Below, piece by piece: positions 55,272 through 64,000 of a stretch of 64,000 nucleotides of DNA. The stretch lies in assembly GCA_002483265.1 (NCBI GenBank), contig DLHO01000022.1, positions 18,308 to 82,307 of the forward strand. Reading direction: 5' to 3'. How positions within the stretch are numbered: position 1 is the first letter of the stretch; each line of letters opens with the position of its first letter. The notes under the pieces are model-generated. The model had not been told where the DNA came from. It worked only from the letters and a program-made list of their open reading frames with translations, and made no database searches. The position numbers and the translations under genes are program-made. The DNA is from Flavobacteriales bacterium UBA7666 (GTDB lineage: Bacteria; Bacteroidota; Bacteroidia; Flavobacteriales_D; Crocinitomicaceae).

Positions 55272-56696
55272 TCAATTCTTCAATAATTGAATTGTTCTAG
55301 TTGTTCCTTCGAATTTCATTTCAAGAAAATATACTCCTTGACTCAAAAGCGAATTATCTATTTCAATGACACCATTGGTACGGTTGAAAACACTTGTATG
55401 TGCAATCCCAAGTCCATCAAACAATTGTAATTCAACGTTTTCATCAATTGATGAAATAGCCCATACTGTATTGGATGGATTCGGATAGACAATTGGATTA
55501 AATTTACTTGTTTCATCCAATCCAACTGACTGTTCAACCGTTCCTATCAAGTACTTCACATCATTATCATCACTGTACACAACATGAAATTTACCGTTTG
55601 AATATTCAAGATCAGGACGTGTTTGACTTCCGCTAAATGTTGCAGTCAGCGTATCAATGACAACACCTAGACCGCTTGCACCTGTAACTGAGCTGGTGAA
55701 AAAGACTCTTGGAGTTCCGGCATCCGAACCTTGCCAAACCACTCCTAACGTATCACCACTCCCTGCAATAATCGGATAGTTTTGCGTTCCCATTCCCATA
55801 GGGAATATTTGGAATTGAATTCCATTCTGTTGAGTTGTAAGATTTGTTGTTCCAACATATACCTTACCGTTACTCATCCATGTTGAAACAAGAGAATCTC
55901 CGCTGATTATATTAGACGGTCCGCTTGAAGGACAAGACATAATCATCCAATCCGTTTCATCGATTTCTGATGAAACCGGATAACTTGCACTACCATCTGT
56001 GGAATAAGAAGCCCACATATTGCGAATGTTATTGTCATTGTTCCTGTAAGTCACCACATGCTGATTACCGTTTGCAATGATTGTTGCAGGACAGCAATCA
56101 CAAACAGTTCCAACCGCCCCAAGCGATGGGGTTATTGATGGCATGTAACTGCTTCCACCATTCATAGATCTTGCAACTGCATATTCGGCGTTACCAAAAC
56201 CCGAGTCAAGGCGCATAAAAGCAACAACTGGATTCCCACCATTACCTACTGCAATTGTTGGAAAACGTGGAACATCCGTTCCAATTTGATCCACACGAAC
56301 AGTGTCTTGAAAAGTCATTCCTCCATCCAGTGATCTAACTGTATATACTTTACTTGTTTGACTGAAATCGGTACTGAAGGTTACAAAAACTGTGTCTCCG
56401 GAAGATGCAATTTCTGACCCTGCCCAATTAGCTATAAAGGGCATTACACCTGTAGGACTTATTGTCAATGGCATATTGAAAGATGCTCCATTCCAGCGAG
56501 CGGTATAAATTTTATTGTTGTTATCATTCATCCACGAGACGACTGGTACATCATTGTTAGTTAAAGTGAGCCTTGGATAAATGTTGTTATACATGCTTCC
56601 CATTGCAACAGTAGTGGGAGGATTCCATGTAATAGTCTGGGCAGAAGCCTTAATTGATAAAGCCGACAAAGCCAGCACTAAGTAATATTTTTTCAT
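55272..56696 (-). CDS. T9SS-sorted BNR/sialidase-like beta-propeller with CDCC and WxxxxCPxxGP motifs
   Basis: Signal peptide ending ASA|Q; Asp-box repeats RSLDGGMTF, RSMNGGSSY and YSTDGSASY; C-terminal YPNP...GVYFL sorting domain. Confidence 0.85.
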   Translation of the reverse strand: MKKYYLVLALSALSIKASAQTITWNPPTTVAMGSMYNNIYPRLTLTNNDVPVVSWMNDNNNKIYTARWNGASFNMPLTISPTGVMPFIANWAGSEIASSGDTVFVTFSTDFSQTSKVYTVRSLDGGMTFQDTVRVDQIGTDVPRFPTIAVGNGGNPVVAFMRLDSGFGNAEYAVARSMNGGSSYMPSITPSLGAVGTVCDCCPATIIANGNQHVVTYRNNDNNIRNMWASYSTDGSASYPVSSEIDETDWMIMSCPSSGPSNIISGDSLVSTWMSNGKVYVGTTNLTTQQNGIQFQIFPMGMGTQNYPIIAGSGDTLGVVWQGSDAGTPRVFFTSSVTGASGLGVVIDTLTATFSGSQTRPDLEYSNGKFHVVYSDDNDVKYLIGTVEQSVGLDETSKFNPIVYPNPSNTVWAISSIDENVELQLFDGLGIAHTSVFNRTNGVIEIDNSLLSQGVYFLEMKFEGTTRTIQLLKN

Positions 56697-56747
56697 GGTA
56701 GTAATTTTTACTAATGTAAATGAATTGTTTGTATTTGTATTCTGGTC

Positions 56748-57251
56748 TTATTTATCCAGTTCTTTTAGTTTTCGTTTCATGAAGGCAATTTCTTTTTCCT
56801 GGGCTTCAATAATTTCTTTTGCCAGTTCCCGTATTTCGGGATCACTAAGATCAGTTTGTTTAACCATCAGCACTGCTGCTGCGTGGTGTGGAATCATGGA
56901 CTTTAGAAATTGTTTATCAGAAACAGCTGTCTGCTTTCGAATCCCAAACCAAAACGCTGCCAAAGCAACGAATCCAATAACTACAATCGTCGCGTTGACC
57001 TTCCGATTGCGGTACATTTTTCCCATAAGAAGCATCTCGATAACAACCATTGCGGCAGTCATGAGACCCGCCATATAAAATTGATTGATATTCGGAATAG
57101 CATTTTCAAAGCGATCCACCATGGCGTACATCAGTATGTACATCGCAAAGAAAGACAGGATAATCATTAGAATGAACTTTTTATAAGACATCTGATGATG
57201 ATTTTGGTGTTTGGCGTGTTGATCTTGCTGTTCATGCATTTGCTCTTTCAT
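56748..57251 (-). CDS. DUF305 (CopM-like) membrane protein
   Basis: His/Gln-rich N-terminus, TM helices and FLKSMIPHHAAAVLM...IIEAQEKEI. Confidence 0.88.
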   Translation of the reverse strand: MKEQMHEQQDQHAKHQNHHQMSYKKFILMIILSFFAMYILMYAMVDRFENAIPNINQFYMAGLMTAAMVVIEMLLMGKMYRNRKVNATIVVIGFVALAAFWFGIRKQTAVSDKQFLKSMIPHHAAAVLMVKQTDLSDPEIRELAKEIIEAQEKEIAFMKRKLKELDK

Positions 57252-57272
57252 AATCGTATATTTTAGTATTAA

Positions 57273-59492
57273 TCAATACGTAAACGTAAATCCTCCACCA
57301 AACCCCATGTCACTATCATAATGAGCAGATAGAGAAAAAGACTTGTTCAAGACATACTTTAAACCAGCCATATATTCAAAATCCGAATTGTACATCAGCC
57401 CCAAGCGTAAACGCTTCGTTAGGGGAATATCTTCCCGCATCAATTGCAAACGTAATTTTCCATCGGTATCAACCCTTGCATCGGCTATGATGAGCATAGG
57501 CAAAGTGTATTGCAAACCAAAACATATTACCCCACGTTGGTCTTTTGTATTTGTCTGCCCAAACAGATTACGTTCTACTTCGCCCATTTCCATTTTACGA
57601 TACCGCCAGTCAAATCCAACATAAGGGAAGAACCATTGCATTTTTCCGATATATCGACCAAAGTGCGCTTCTGTTTCATAGCCATGCATATCGTTATAAC
57701 CCAATCTCCATTCTGCCTGCAAGTTCCAACGAGTGTTTTGCAACATCATTTCACCGTCATTTCCATTGGTTGCAAAGTCATTTTGAAACATAAAGTGAAA
57801 TTCACGGTCGTCGGCATATAATTTTCTCAGTGCCTTTTTCGGATCGGGCAATTGTGGATTGGGAGGTGAATTCTCGTAGGTAAAAATGCGTCCCATTCCA
57901 CTCATCATGTGATATAGTATGTGACAATGGAAAAACCAATCTCCACTTTCCGTAGCTGCAAATTCAATTGTATCGGTTTCCATAGGCATGATGTCCAATA
58001 CATTCTTCAATGGAGAATACTCACCATTACCGTTAACGATGCGGAAGAAATGTCCGTGCAGGTGCATCGGGTGGCGCATCATCGAATTATTGTAGAGGAT
58101 CATCCGCACATTCTCACCTTTCTTTATCAGTATTTTATCCGTTTCGGAAACCGTTTTGTTGTTAATACTCCAAACATAACGGTTCATATTCCCAGTGAGC
58201 TCAAAATTGTATGTGGTTGTGGGGACATTAGGCAAAGTAGTCTTTACAGGCGAACGGAGCATATTGTAATTCAATGTTACAATTTCTGAAAGCTGATTAC
58301 TCTTATACTGACTGCCATCGGTCATATTCATGTGCTTCATCTTCTGCTTTTTCTTTTTCTTCGAGCCAGTAATTTCAGGATACATCACCACATTCATGTC
58401 CATTTGTTGAAGGCTCATATTCATGCCCATATCGTCCAGATTCCCATCCATCTTAATCATGTCGTTCATCATTTGCATACCTTCAAAATACTTCAATGGT
58501 TCTAATGGTGAGATCAATTGCTTAACACCCTTTCCGAGCCATAGTGACGTGCTTCTTATTCTGTCTTCGGAAGTTGCTTGTAGTTCGAAGGAAGTGTTAT
58601 CCGAAGGAATGGTTATAATCACATCATAGGTTTCTGCCACAGCAATGATAAAGCGGTCAACTTCCACTGGAACAACATCCATTCCGTCACTTGCTATAAC
58701 GCTCATTTTACCCCCTGAATAGCGCATCCAAAAATAGGATGACGAACCACCGTTGATGATTCTTATTCGAACTTTATCACCAGCTTTGAAGAGTGGTGCA
58801 TTATCATCTAATTTACCATTAGTAAGAAGCTTATCATAGTACACATCGCTCACATCCATGGCGAGCATTCGCTTCCATTCGTTTCCAAATTTTGTTTTAA
58901 GACTTCCTGCTCCAATTGCATCGGCATAACTTTGAACCGCACCTTTTTGAAGATTAGCTTTTTTGATTGCTGACCAGTCATTAGCCATGTGCAATCTCCG
59001 GTGCACCTCAAATGGTTTCATGTCTGTCCAATCACTTAAAACAACCGTATATTCAAGCATTTTGGGTTCATCTCTTTTGTGAATAATAAACGCCCCATAC
59101 ATACCACCCTGTTCCTGCAAGCCCGTATGTGAGTGATACCAATAGGTTCCGTTTTGAACGATCGGAAATTTGTACAAATGAGTTGTTCCTGCTTTAATTG
59201 GTGCTGTTGTCAGATAGGGTACGCCGTCTTGTTCATTTGGTAAGATGATTCCGTGCCAATGGATGGAAGTTTCTGTTTTCAACTCATTGTGTACCCATAT
59301 TTCAGCAGTGTCTCCTTCCGTAAATTGCAATTCAGGCATTGGAATACTTCCGTTAACGGAGTAAGCATGTCGCTCTTTCCCCGTGAAATTAACAGTGGTA
59401 TCCCTGACGTATAGATCGTATCGCACCGTTTTTTGGGCAAAAGTTGCCAAGTGCATCAATACCGCCACTATCATTAACATTCGTTTTTTCAT
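57273..59492 (-). CDS. Multicopper oxidase with a C-terminal beta-barrel-like (CopB/PcoB-like) domain
   Basis: IHWHG, YWYHSH, HPMHLHGH and HCHILYHM copper motifs; Met-rich insert; barrel-like C-terminus. ORF track starts at 59501. Confidence 0.92.
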   Translation of the reverse strand: MKKRMLMIVAVLMHLATFAQKTVRYDLYVRDTTVNFTGKERHAYSVNGSIPMPELQFTEGDTAEIWVHNELKTETSIHWHGIILPNEQDGVPYLTTAPIKAGTTHLYKFPIVQNGTYWYHSHTGLQEQGGMYGAFIIHKRDEPKMLEYTVVLSDWTDMKPFEVHRRLHMANDWSAIKKANLQKGAVQSYADAIGAGSLKTKFGNEWKRMLAMDVSDVYYDKLLTNGKLDDNAPLFKAGDKVRIRIINGGSSSYFWMRYSGGKMSVIASDGMDVVPVEVDRFIIAVAETYDVIITIPSDNTSFELQATSEDRIRSTSLWLGKGVKQLISPLEPLKYFEGMQMMNDMIKMDGNLDDMGMNMSLQQMDMNVVMYPEITGSKKKKKQKMKHMNMTDGSQYKSNQLSEIVTLNYNMLRSPVKTTLPNVPTTTYNFELTGNMNRYVWSINNKTVSETDKILIKKGENVRMILYNNSMMRHPMHLHGHFFRIVNGNGEYSPLKNVLDIMPMETDTIEFAATESGDWFFHCHILYHMMSGMGRIFTYENSPPNPQLPDPKKALRKLYADDREFHFMFQNDFATNGNDGEMMLQNTRWNLQAEWRLGYNDMHGYETEAHFGRYIGKMQWFFPYVGFDWRYRKMEMGEVERNLFGQTNTKDQRGVICFGLQYTLPMLIIADARVDTDGKLRLQLMREDIPLTKRLRLGLMYNSDFEYMAGLKYVLNKSFSLSAHYDSDMGFGGGFTFTY

Positions 59493-59549
59493 CACATACA
59501 ATTTACGTCATTTAACCCTTTATTCCTTTATGAAAGGAGACTTTTAAGA

Positions 59550-59768
59550 CTATTTATCGTTGATTCGTTCGATCTGGAAGCCTGCTTGTTTTACTTTTTC
59601 TTCCACTTCTTCTGCCGTCAACTTATGTGAATTCACAGTAAGGATTTTAGCAGGAGTTAGGATGTCTACGTTCCATTCTTCCGGTGTAAGTTGGTCGTTC
59701 AGAAACGGTGTCACTTTTACGAGACATCCCGCACATTTGATTGTTGTTTTAAATTGAAGTGTTTCCAT
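59550..59768 (-). CDS. Small HMA copper chaperone (CopZ-like)
   Basis: FKTTIKCAGC motif, 72 aa. Confidence 0.88.
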   Translation of the reverse strand: METLQFKTTIKCAGCLVKVTPFLNDQLTPEEWNVDILTPAKILTVNSHKLTAEEVEEKVKQAGFQIERINDK

Positions 59769-59799
59769 GATATTTTATATTGTTTAATGATTACTAAGG

Positions 59800-59857
59800 C
59801 AAAGTTTGTCCTTTTAATGCGCTTTGTCTTTATAGTATTTACTAAACGATTTATGAT
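59800..59857 (-). promoter_or_regulatory. ATAA-N17-ATAA-N25-CTTTG promoter, putatively AraC-activated
   Basis: Minus-strand ATAA at 59851-54 and 59830-33; CTTTG at 59800-04. Confidence 0.6.
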
Positions 59858-59859
59858 TT

Positions 59860-62289
59860 TTACGACTTGTTTAACTTTCTGAATTTCAATAACAAACTAT
59901 TGCTAACTACACTCAACGAACTCAACGTCATAGCTGCACCAGCAATCATTGGGTTGAGTAAAAAGCCGTTAACTGGATATAGAACTCCAGCAGCAATTGG
60001 AATGCCGATTACATTATAGATAAATGCCCAAAAAAGGTTCTGTTTGATTGCCGAAACTGTTTGTTTTGACAGTTGGAATGCGATTGGAATTTTTGTCAAA
60101 TCGGAAGAAATAATGACCATCCTAGCAACGTCCATAGCAATATCACTTCCTTTCCCCATTGCGATACTAACGTCTGCCTGAGTGAGTGCATTGCTATCGT
60201 TGATTCCGTCTCCGACCATTGCGACCACTTTGCCCTGAGCTTGTAATTGTTTCACGAATGCAGATTTATCCGCAGGAAGAACCTCTGCTTTGTAATTGTC
60301 GATTCCCGTTTTCTCCGCAATGGCTTTGGCAGTTTGAGCGTTATCGCCTGTAAGCATATAGACTTCAATTCCTGACTTCTTCAATTGTCGGATAGCCTCT
60401 ACCGAAGTCTCCTTGATTTCATCGGAAATAGCTATAACTGCATGTCCTTGTTGGTTATCAGCAAAGAAAATAACTGTCTTCGCTTCACTAAGCCAAACAT
60501 TAGCTGTTACCAACAATTCTTTGGCTATAGTAATGTTGTTTTGATCCAGTAGCGCCTTGTTACCCACGAAGTAGGTTTTTCCATTTACTTCTGCTTTTGC
60601 ACCGAATCCAGTAATACTTTCAAATTGATTAACGGGAAGCGTTTCATTTTCATGGAGGTGTTTTACCACTGATTCAGCCAAGGGATGTTCAGATTGTTTT
60701 TCGATATTGTATAGTACAGACTTTAAAGAATCATCATTGTTCAACCATTGAATACCCGTCACTTTTGGTTTACCCTCTGTAATTGTTCCCGTTTTATCGA
60801 GTACTACCGCATTCACTTTGCGTCCAAGTTCAAGACTTTCAGCATCTTTAATCAGGATTCCGTTTTCAGCTCCTTTACCAACACCGACCATTATCGCAGT
60901 AGGTGTTGCCAGACCGAGCGCACAAGGACAAGCGATTACGAGCACGGTTACAAGGGATAGAACACCTTGTGTCCATCCGTTTTCTCCTCCCAGTGTAACC
61001 CAAAGAATCAGTGTCAGGATTGAAATACCAAGAACCACAGGCACAAAAATTCCTGCAATTTTATCGACAAGTTTCTGGACAGGCGCTTTACTTCCTTGTG
61101 CATCCTGAACCATTTTAATGATCTGACCAAGCATGGTTGCATCACCGACTTTCTCTGTTTTGAAATGGAAACTTCCTTTCTGATTGATCGTTCCAGCAAA
61201 AACTTCGGAACCTTCGGTTTTTTCAACCGCTAGTGGTTCACCACTTAACATACTTTCATCGACAAACGACTTTCCAGAAATTACCTTACCGTCCACGGCA
61301 ATTTTTTCTCCCGGTTTTACTATAATGGTGTCGCCGATATTAACCTTCACGATTGGAATTTCTTCGGATTCGCCATTTGCATTCAGAATTGTTACGGTTT
61401 TTGGTTGTAACCCAATCAGTTTTTTCAATGCAGAAGAGGTATTTCCTTTTGCTTTTTCCTCAAGTAATTTTCCAAGCAAAATAAAAGCAATGACAACTGA
61501 TGCCGCTTCAAAATACACATGAGCATGTAATCCTTTATTATGCCAAACCTCCATGAATAAAGTATTGAAAACACTAAAGAGATAGGCGATCCCTGTACTC
61601 AAAGCAACGAGGGTGTCCATATTTGCAGAGCGATGCTTTGCTTGTTTCCAGGCATTGATAAAAAAGTCTTTACCGAGCCAAACAACCACTGGTGTTGAAA
61701 AAGCCCACATGATATAATTCGCATAGGGCATGTCCATAAAAAACATTCCTATAGCAACTACTGGCAGCGATAACAGGATTGCGCCAAACGTTTTCAACTT
61801 CAACTTGCGGAACTTTTGACTTTGCAGTTCTTCAAGCGTGTCGTGTGCTGATTCGGTTTCGTCGATCATCAGATCATAGCCTATCGAACGCATCGCAGTT
61901 TGTAATTCCTTTGGATCCGTAATTGTAGGAATGTACTCCACGCTCGCTACGTTATTCGCATAGTTTACGGATACTCCTGTAACACCTCTTGTGCTTTCGA
62001 GAATAGTCTGCGCACTGATAGCACACGATGCACAGGTCATGTTCAATACCGGAAAATTCTTTTTCACAGTAGTAACACCATATCCCAGGTCACGAATAGC
62101 TTTTACGGCGTTCGGCAGGATATTGAACGCTTTTGTTTCGTTGATAATCGCACGGTTGTTATTTAGCTCAACCTTATGTGTAGTAATACCTTCCAGTTCT
62201 TTCAAACCATTGTCAACGATTAGTGCACAATGCTCGCTCTCCACTCCTTCGAGTGGGATATGAAGTAATTCTCGGTCTGTTGTTTCCAT
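59860..62289 (-). CDS. copA: Cu(I)-exporting P1B-1 ATPase
   Basis: HMA domains (SEHC degenerate; MTCASC), [21 protein letters not shown] and MxxSS in the last TMs. ORF track starts at 62310. Confidence 0.95.
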   Translation of the reverse strand: METTDRELLHIPLEGVESEHCALIVDNGLKELEGITTHKVELNNNRAIINETKAFNILPNAVKAIRDLGYGVTTVKKNFPVLNMTCASCAISAQTILESTRGVTGVSVNYANNVASVEYIPTITDPKELQTAMRSIGYDLMIDETESAHDTLEELQSQKFRKLKLKTFGAILLSLPVVAIGMFFMDMPYANYIMWAFSTPVVVWLGKDFFINAWKQAKHRSANMDTLVALSTGIAYLFSVFNTLFMEVWHNKGLHAHVYFEAASVVIAFILLGKLLEEKAKGNTSSALKKLIGLQPKTVTILNANGESEEIPIVKVNIGDTIIVKPGEKIAVDGKVISGKSFVDESMLSGEPLAVEKTEGSEVFAGTINQKGSFHFKTEKVGDATMLGQIIKMVQDAQGSKAPVQKLVDKIAGIFVPVVLGISILTLILWVTLGGENGWTQGVLSLVTVLVIACPCALGLATPTAIMVGVGKGAENGILIKDAESLELGRKVNAVVLDKTGTITEGKPKVTGIQWLNNDDSLKSVLYNIEKQSEHPLAESVVKHLHENETLPVNQFESITGFGAKAEVNGKTYFVGNKALLDQNNITIAKELLVTANVWLSEAKTVIFFADNQQGHAVIAISDEIKETSVEAIRQLKKSGIEVYMLTGDNAQTAKAIAEKTGIDNYKAEVLPADKSAFVKQLQAQGKVVAMVGDGINDSNALTQADVSIAMGKGSDIAMDVARMVIISSDLTKIPIAFQLSKQTVSAIKQNLFWAFIYNVIGIPIAAGVLYPVNGFLLNPMIAGAAMTLSSLSVVSNSLLLKFRKLNKS

Positions 62290-62307
62290 GATTTTCAATT
62301 TATACTG

Positions 62308-62365
62308 CAAAGTTCAGTTGAAAACGATGGGTATGCGTTATGATATTTCCTGATAGAGTTATGAC
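62308..62365 (-). promoter_or_regulatory. ATAA-N17-ATAA-N25-CTTTG promoter of copA, putatively AraC-activated
   Basis: TCATAAC repeated at 21-bp spacing (+ strand GTTATGA at 62337-43 and 62358-64); CTTTG at 62308-12. Confidence 0.65.
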
Positions 62366-62367
62366 TT

Positions 62368-62928
62368 TTACAAATGATCCAACGATTTCCGTTTAGATGC
62401 TTTTATGCTTTTGAAATGACTGGGGGTAAGCCCTACAACTTTCTTAAACTGAGTACTCAAATAGGCAACACTGCTATAACCCATTTGATCGGCAATCTCA
62501 CTGAGAGAAAGCTCATCGTAAACAAGCAATTCTTTCACACGTTCCAAACGTTGAGCTATGTAAAACTTTTCGATAGTTGTTCCTTCAACCTCTGAAAACA
62601 GGTTGCTCAAATAGTTATACTCCATGGGAATATACTGCATCAAGTAATCGGACACATTCATATTCAATTGTTCTTCCGAATGATGCACCAATTCCACCAC
62701 CAAGTTTTTGACCCGTTCAATCAGTCTGCTCTTTTTATCATCAATAAGCTCAAAGCCTAATTCGAGGAAACGTGTATTTATACGATCTTTCTCCTCGTTA
62801 GTCAAATCTTCTTTCAATTCCACTTCACCCAATTCCACCGTAAGGGGTTGAAGTCCGAGCTGTTCTAGCTCAGACTTCACCACCATCTTACAACGGTTGC
62901 ATACCATGTTTTTAATATAAATCTTCAT
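62368..62928 (-). CDS. AraC family regulator with an N-terminal HMA-like CxxC
   Basis: IKNMVCNRC N-terminus; YNYLSNLFSEVEG and LSEIADQMGYSSVAYLSTQFKK double HTH. Confidence 0.93.
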   Translation of the reverse strand: MKIYIKNMVCNRCKMVVKSELEQLGLQPLTVELGEVELKEDLTNEEKDRINTRFLELGFELIDDKKSRLIERVKNLVVELVHHSEEQLNMNVSDYLMQYIPMEYNYLSNLFSEVEGTTIEKFYIAQRLERVKELLVYDELSLSEIADQMGYSSVAYLSTQFKKVVGLTPSHFKSIKASKRKSLDHL

Positions 62929-62932
62929 TTAC

Positions 62933-63781
62933 TTACTTGATCGTCTGTGTAGTTTTCCCACAAGTCAACATTGAGCTTCCATAATATGGATTCTTCACCG
63001 CATTTTCCTTGCTTAACCAATCTGCACCCTTACCATCATTGTACATCGGACAATGTTGTAAGTAAGCCGTTTCATCAAGCTTAAACACTTTGGTTAACGA
63101 ATAGACATTTTGGGATAACATGGAAAAATGTTCCCGCTGATGTGCAATGTCTTTTGTCTCTCCGATGTGTTCAGCATGCATCAATAAATCAGCTTCTACT
63201 TTCATCCAGGCTGAATGCTCTTCGGATGACATTGATTTCATATCAACATCTTTGATTGTCTTCGCTAACGCCAACGCTTTTGTAGATGCTGTATTACCAT
63301 CATCCTTTACCAGCGCATCTTTTAATGCGAAATATTGATCATAGACTTTTGAAAGCACATTGATTTTCTCTTGTTCTTTCACAATGGGATCACCCTTAGA
63401 TGGCTCACTTACCGTGTTAGTGGTAACCGGAATGTCTTTTTTCATTCGATCATAATGACAACATCCCGGAAGTTTTGCATAAGCGTCGTCAGGAGCCAGA
63501 AACTGTTCGTTATCGTATCCTGCATAGGCAACTCGTTTCAGAACGTCTGATGCCGTAGTTTGCTTAGAATCGTAAGTAAGACTCATTACTTTTTTGTCTG
63601 TGTCCCATTCAGCCGAAGAAATGCCTTTCTTATTTGCAGCTGTTTCGATTGTTTTTTTACACATTTCACAATTACCTGCTACCTTATAGGTTTCGGTTTT
63701 TGCATTTTTTATTGGGGTTGCGCAACTGGTGAATGCCAACAATAATGACAATCCCAGCATGATGTGCTGTATCTTTTTCAT
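62933..63781 (-). CDS. HMA + DUF3347 lipoprotein
   Basis: Lipobox FTS|C, VAGNCEMC HMA motif, YAKLPGCC, HQREHF and HCPMY...WLS...NPYYGSSMLTCG. Confidence 0.9.
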   Translation of the reverse strand: MKKIQHIMLGLSLLLAFTSCATPIKNAKTETYKVAGNCEMCKKTIETAANKKGISSAEWDTDKKVMSLTYDSKQTTASDVLKRVAYAGYDNEQFLAPDDAYAKLPGCCHYDRMKKDIPVTTNTVSEPSKGDPIVKEQEKINVLSKVYDQYFALKDALVKDDGNTASTKALALAKTIKDVDMKSMSSEEHSAWMKVEADLLMHAEHIGETKDIAHQREHFSMLSQNVYSLTKVFKLDETAYLQHCPMYNDGKGADWLSKENAVKNPYYGSSMLTCGKTTQTIK

Positions 63782-63858
63782 AACATGAATTTTATTGAAT
63801 AACTATAGAATAACCCTTTAACAGGATTACAAATCAAATTTGCCTACTGGCTGAAATT

Positions 63859-64000
63859 CTATATTAGGAATGAATCGTTCTGTATGTAGATCGGTTCTTT
63901 GTACCTACCAGGTGGTAGATCTGGAGAGTAGCTTAGCGCCACTTTAGGTGTTACAATAATCGTATTTCGAATGAAACCGAAATCGAATTGTTTTTCTGCT
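63859..64000 (-). CDS. C-terminus of a HYC_CC_PP-like protein, start outside the window
   Basis: Translated by hand: ...AEKQFDFGFIRNTIIVTPKVALSYSPDLPPGRYKEPIYIQNDSFLI*. The PP...IY....FLI ending resembles this Bacteroidota family; the N-terminal motifs are not visible. Confidence 0.65.
   Translation of the reverse strand, partial: AEKQFDFGFIRNTIIVTPKVALSYSPDLPPGRYKEPIYIQNDSFLI

Larger units (their letters stand above)
45170..64000 (-). mobile_element. Heavy-metal resistance island (left part), probably horizontally acquired
   Basis: Fifteen consecutive minus-strand ORFs (the last one partial), nearly all metal-related, begin abruptly after aroQ; no integrase in the window. Confidence 0.6.

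Noticed and set aside
465-63745. Many short ORF-track entries overlapping real genes on the opposite strand or in other frames (e.g. 1082-1339, 28846-29367, 52619-53029)
   Set aside because: Shadow ORFs inside well-supported genes, with no motifs or promoter context.
1-64000. rRNA, tRNA, tmRNA, RNase P, SRP or CRISPR loci
   Set aside because: None of their hallmark sequences were found by eye; tRNAscan-SE and cmscan would be the definitive check.

Overview
Bacteroidota chromosomal window. T9SS sorting domains, TAnnTTTG -7 promoter boxes and Gln-ending signal peptides point to a Flavobacteriales organism, possibly Fluviicola-like (inference). Bases 1-45084 are mostly core genes (rsmG, purL, tgt, LptF/G permease, mutS2-like, xth, dnaB, trhO, lgt, rimO, xerD, aroQ). 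Interspersed are three T9SS cargo genes, an orphan DUF4157 (eCIS-type) nuclease, an InsA-like regulator, two ECF sigma factors (one with a Dma-like anti-sigma), a four-helix-bundle gene, many REP-like hairpins and a candidate structured RNA between lgt and rimO. From about 45150 to the window end lies an all-minus-strand heavy-metal island with an att-like left edge. It encodes a MerC-GDCCVxC fusion, HMA proteins, TlpA, a Zn/Cd P1B-2 ATPase, CzcB, a CzcA-TolC fusion, a His-rich leader, a T9SS-secreted Cys-motif BNR propeller, DUF305, a multicopper oxidase, CopA, an AraC regulator and a DUF3347 lipoprotein. The best candidates for undescribed biology are in this island: putative ribosome-arrest leaders whose stop codons sit in stems upstream of the next gene, a CzcA-TolC polyprotein with an internal signal peptide, a secreted metal-binding propeller, and a repeated ATAA-N17-ATAA-N25-CTTTG promoter architecture. 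No rRNA, tRNA or CRISPR array was seen. All family assignments are by eye from motifs, not database searches. Several CDS starts are moved downstream of the ORF-track start where a -7 promoter box or signal peptide supports it.
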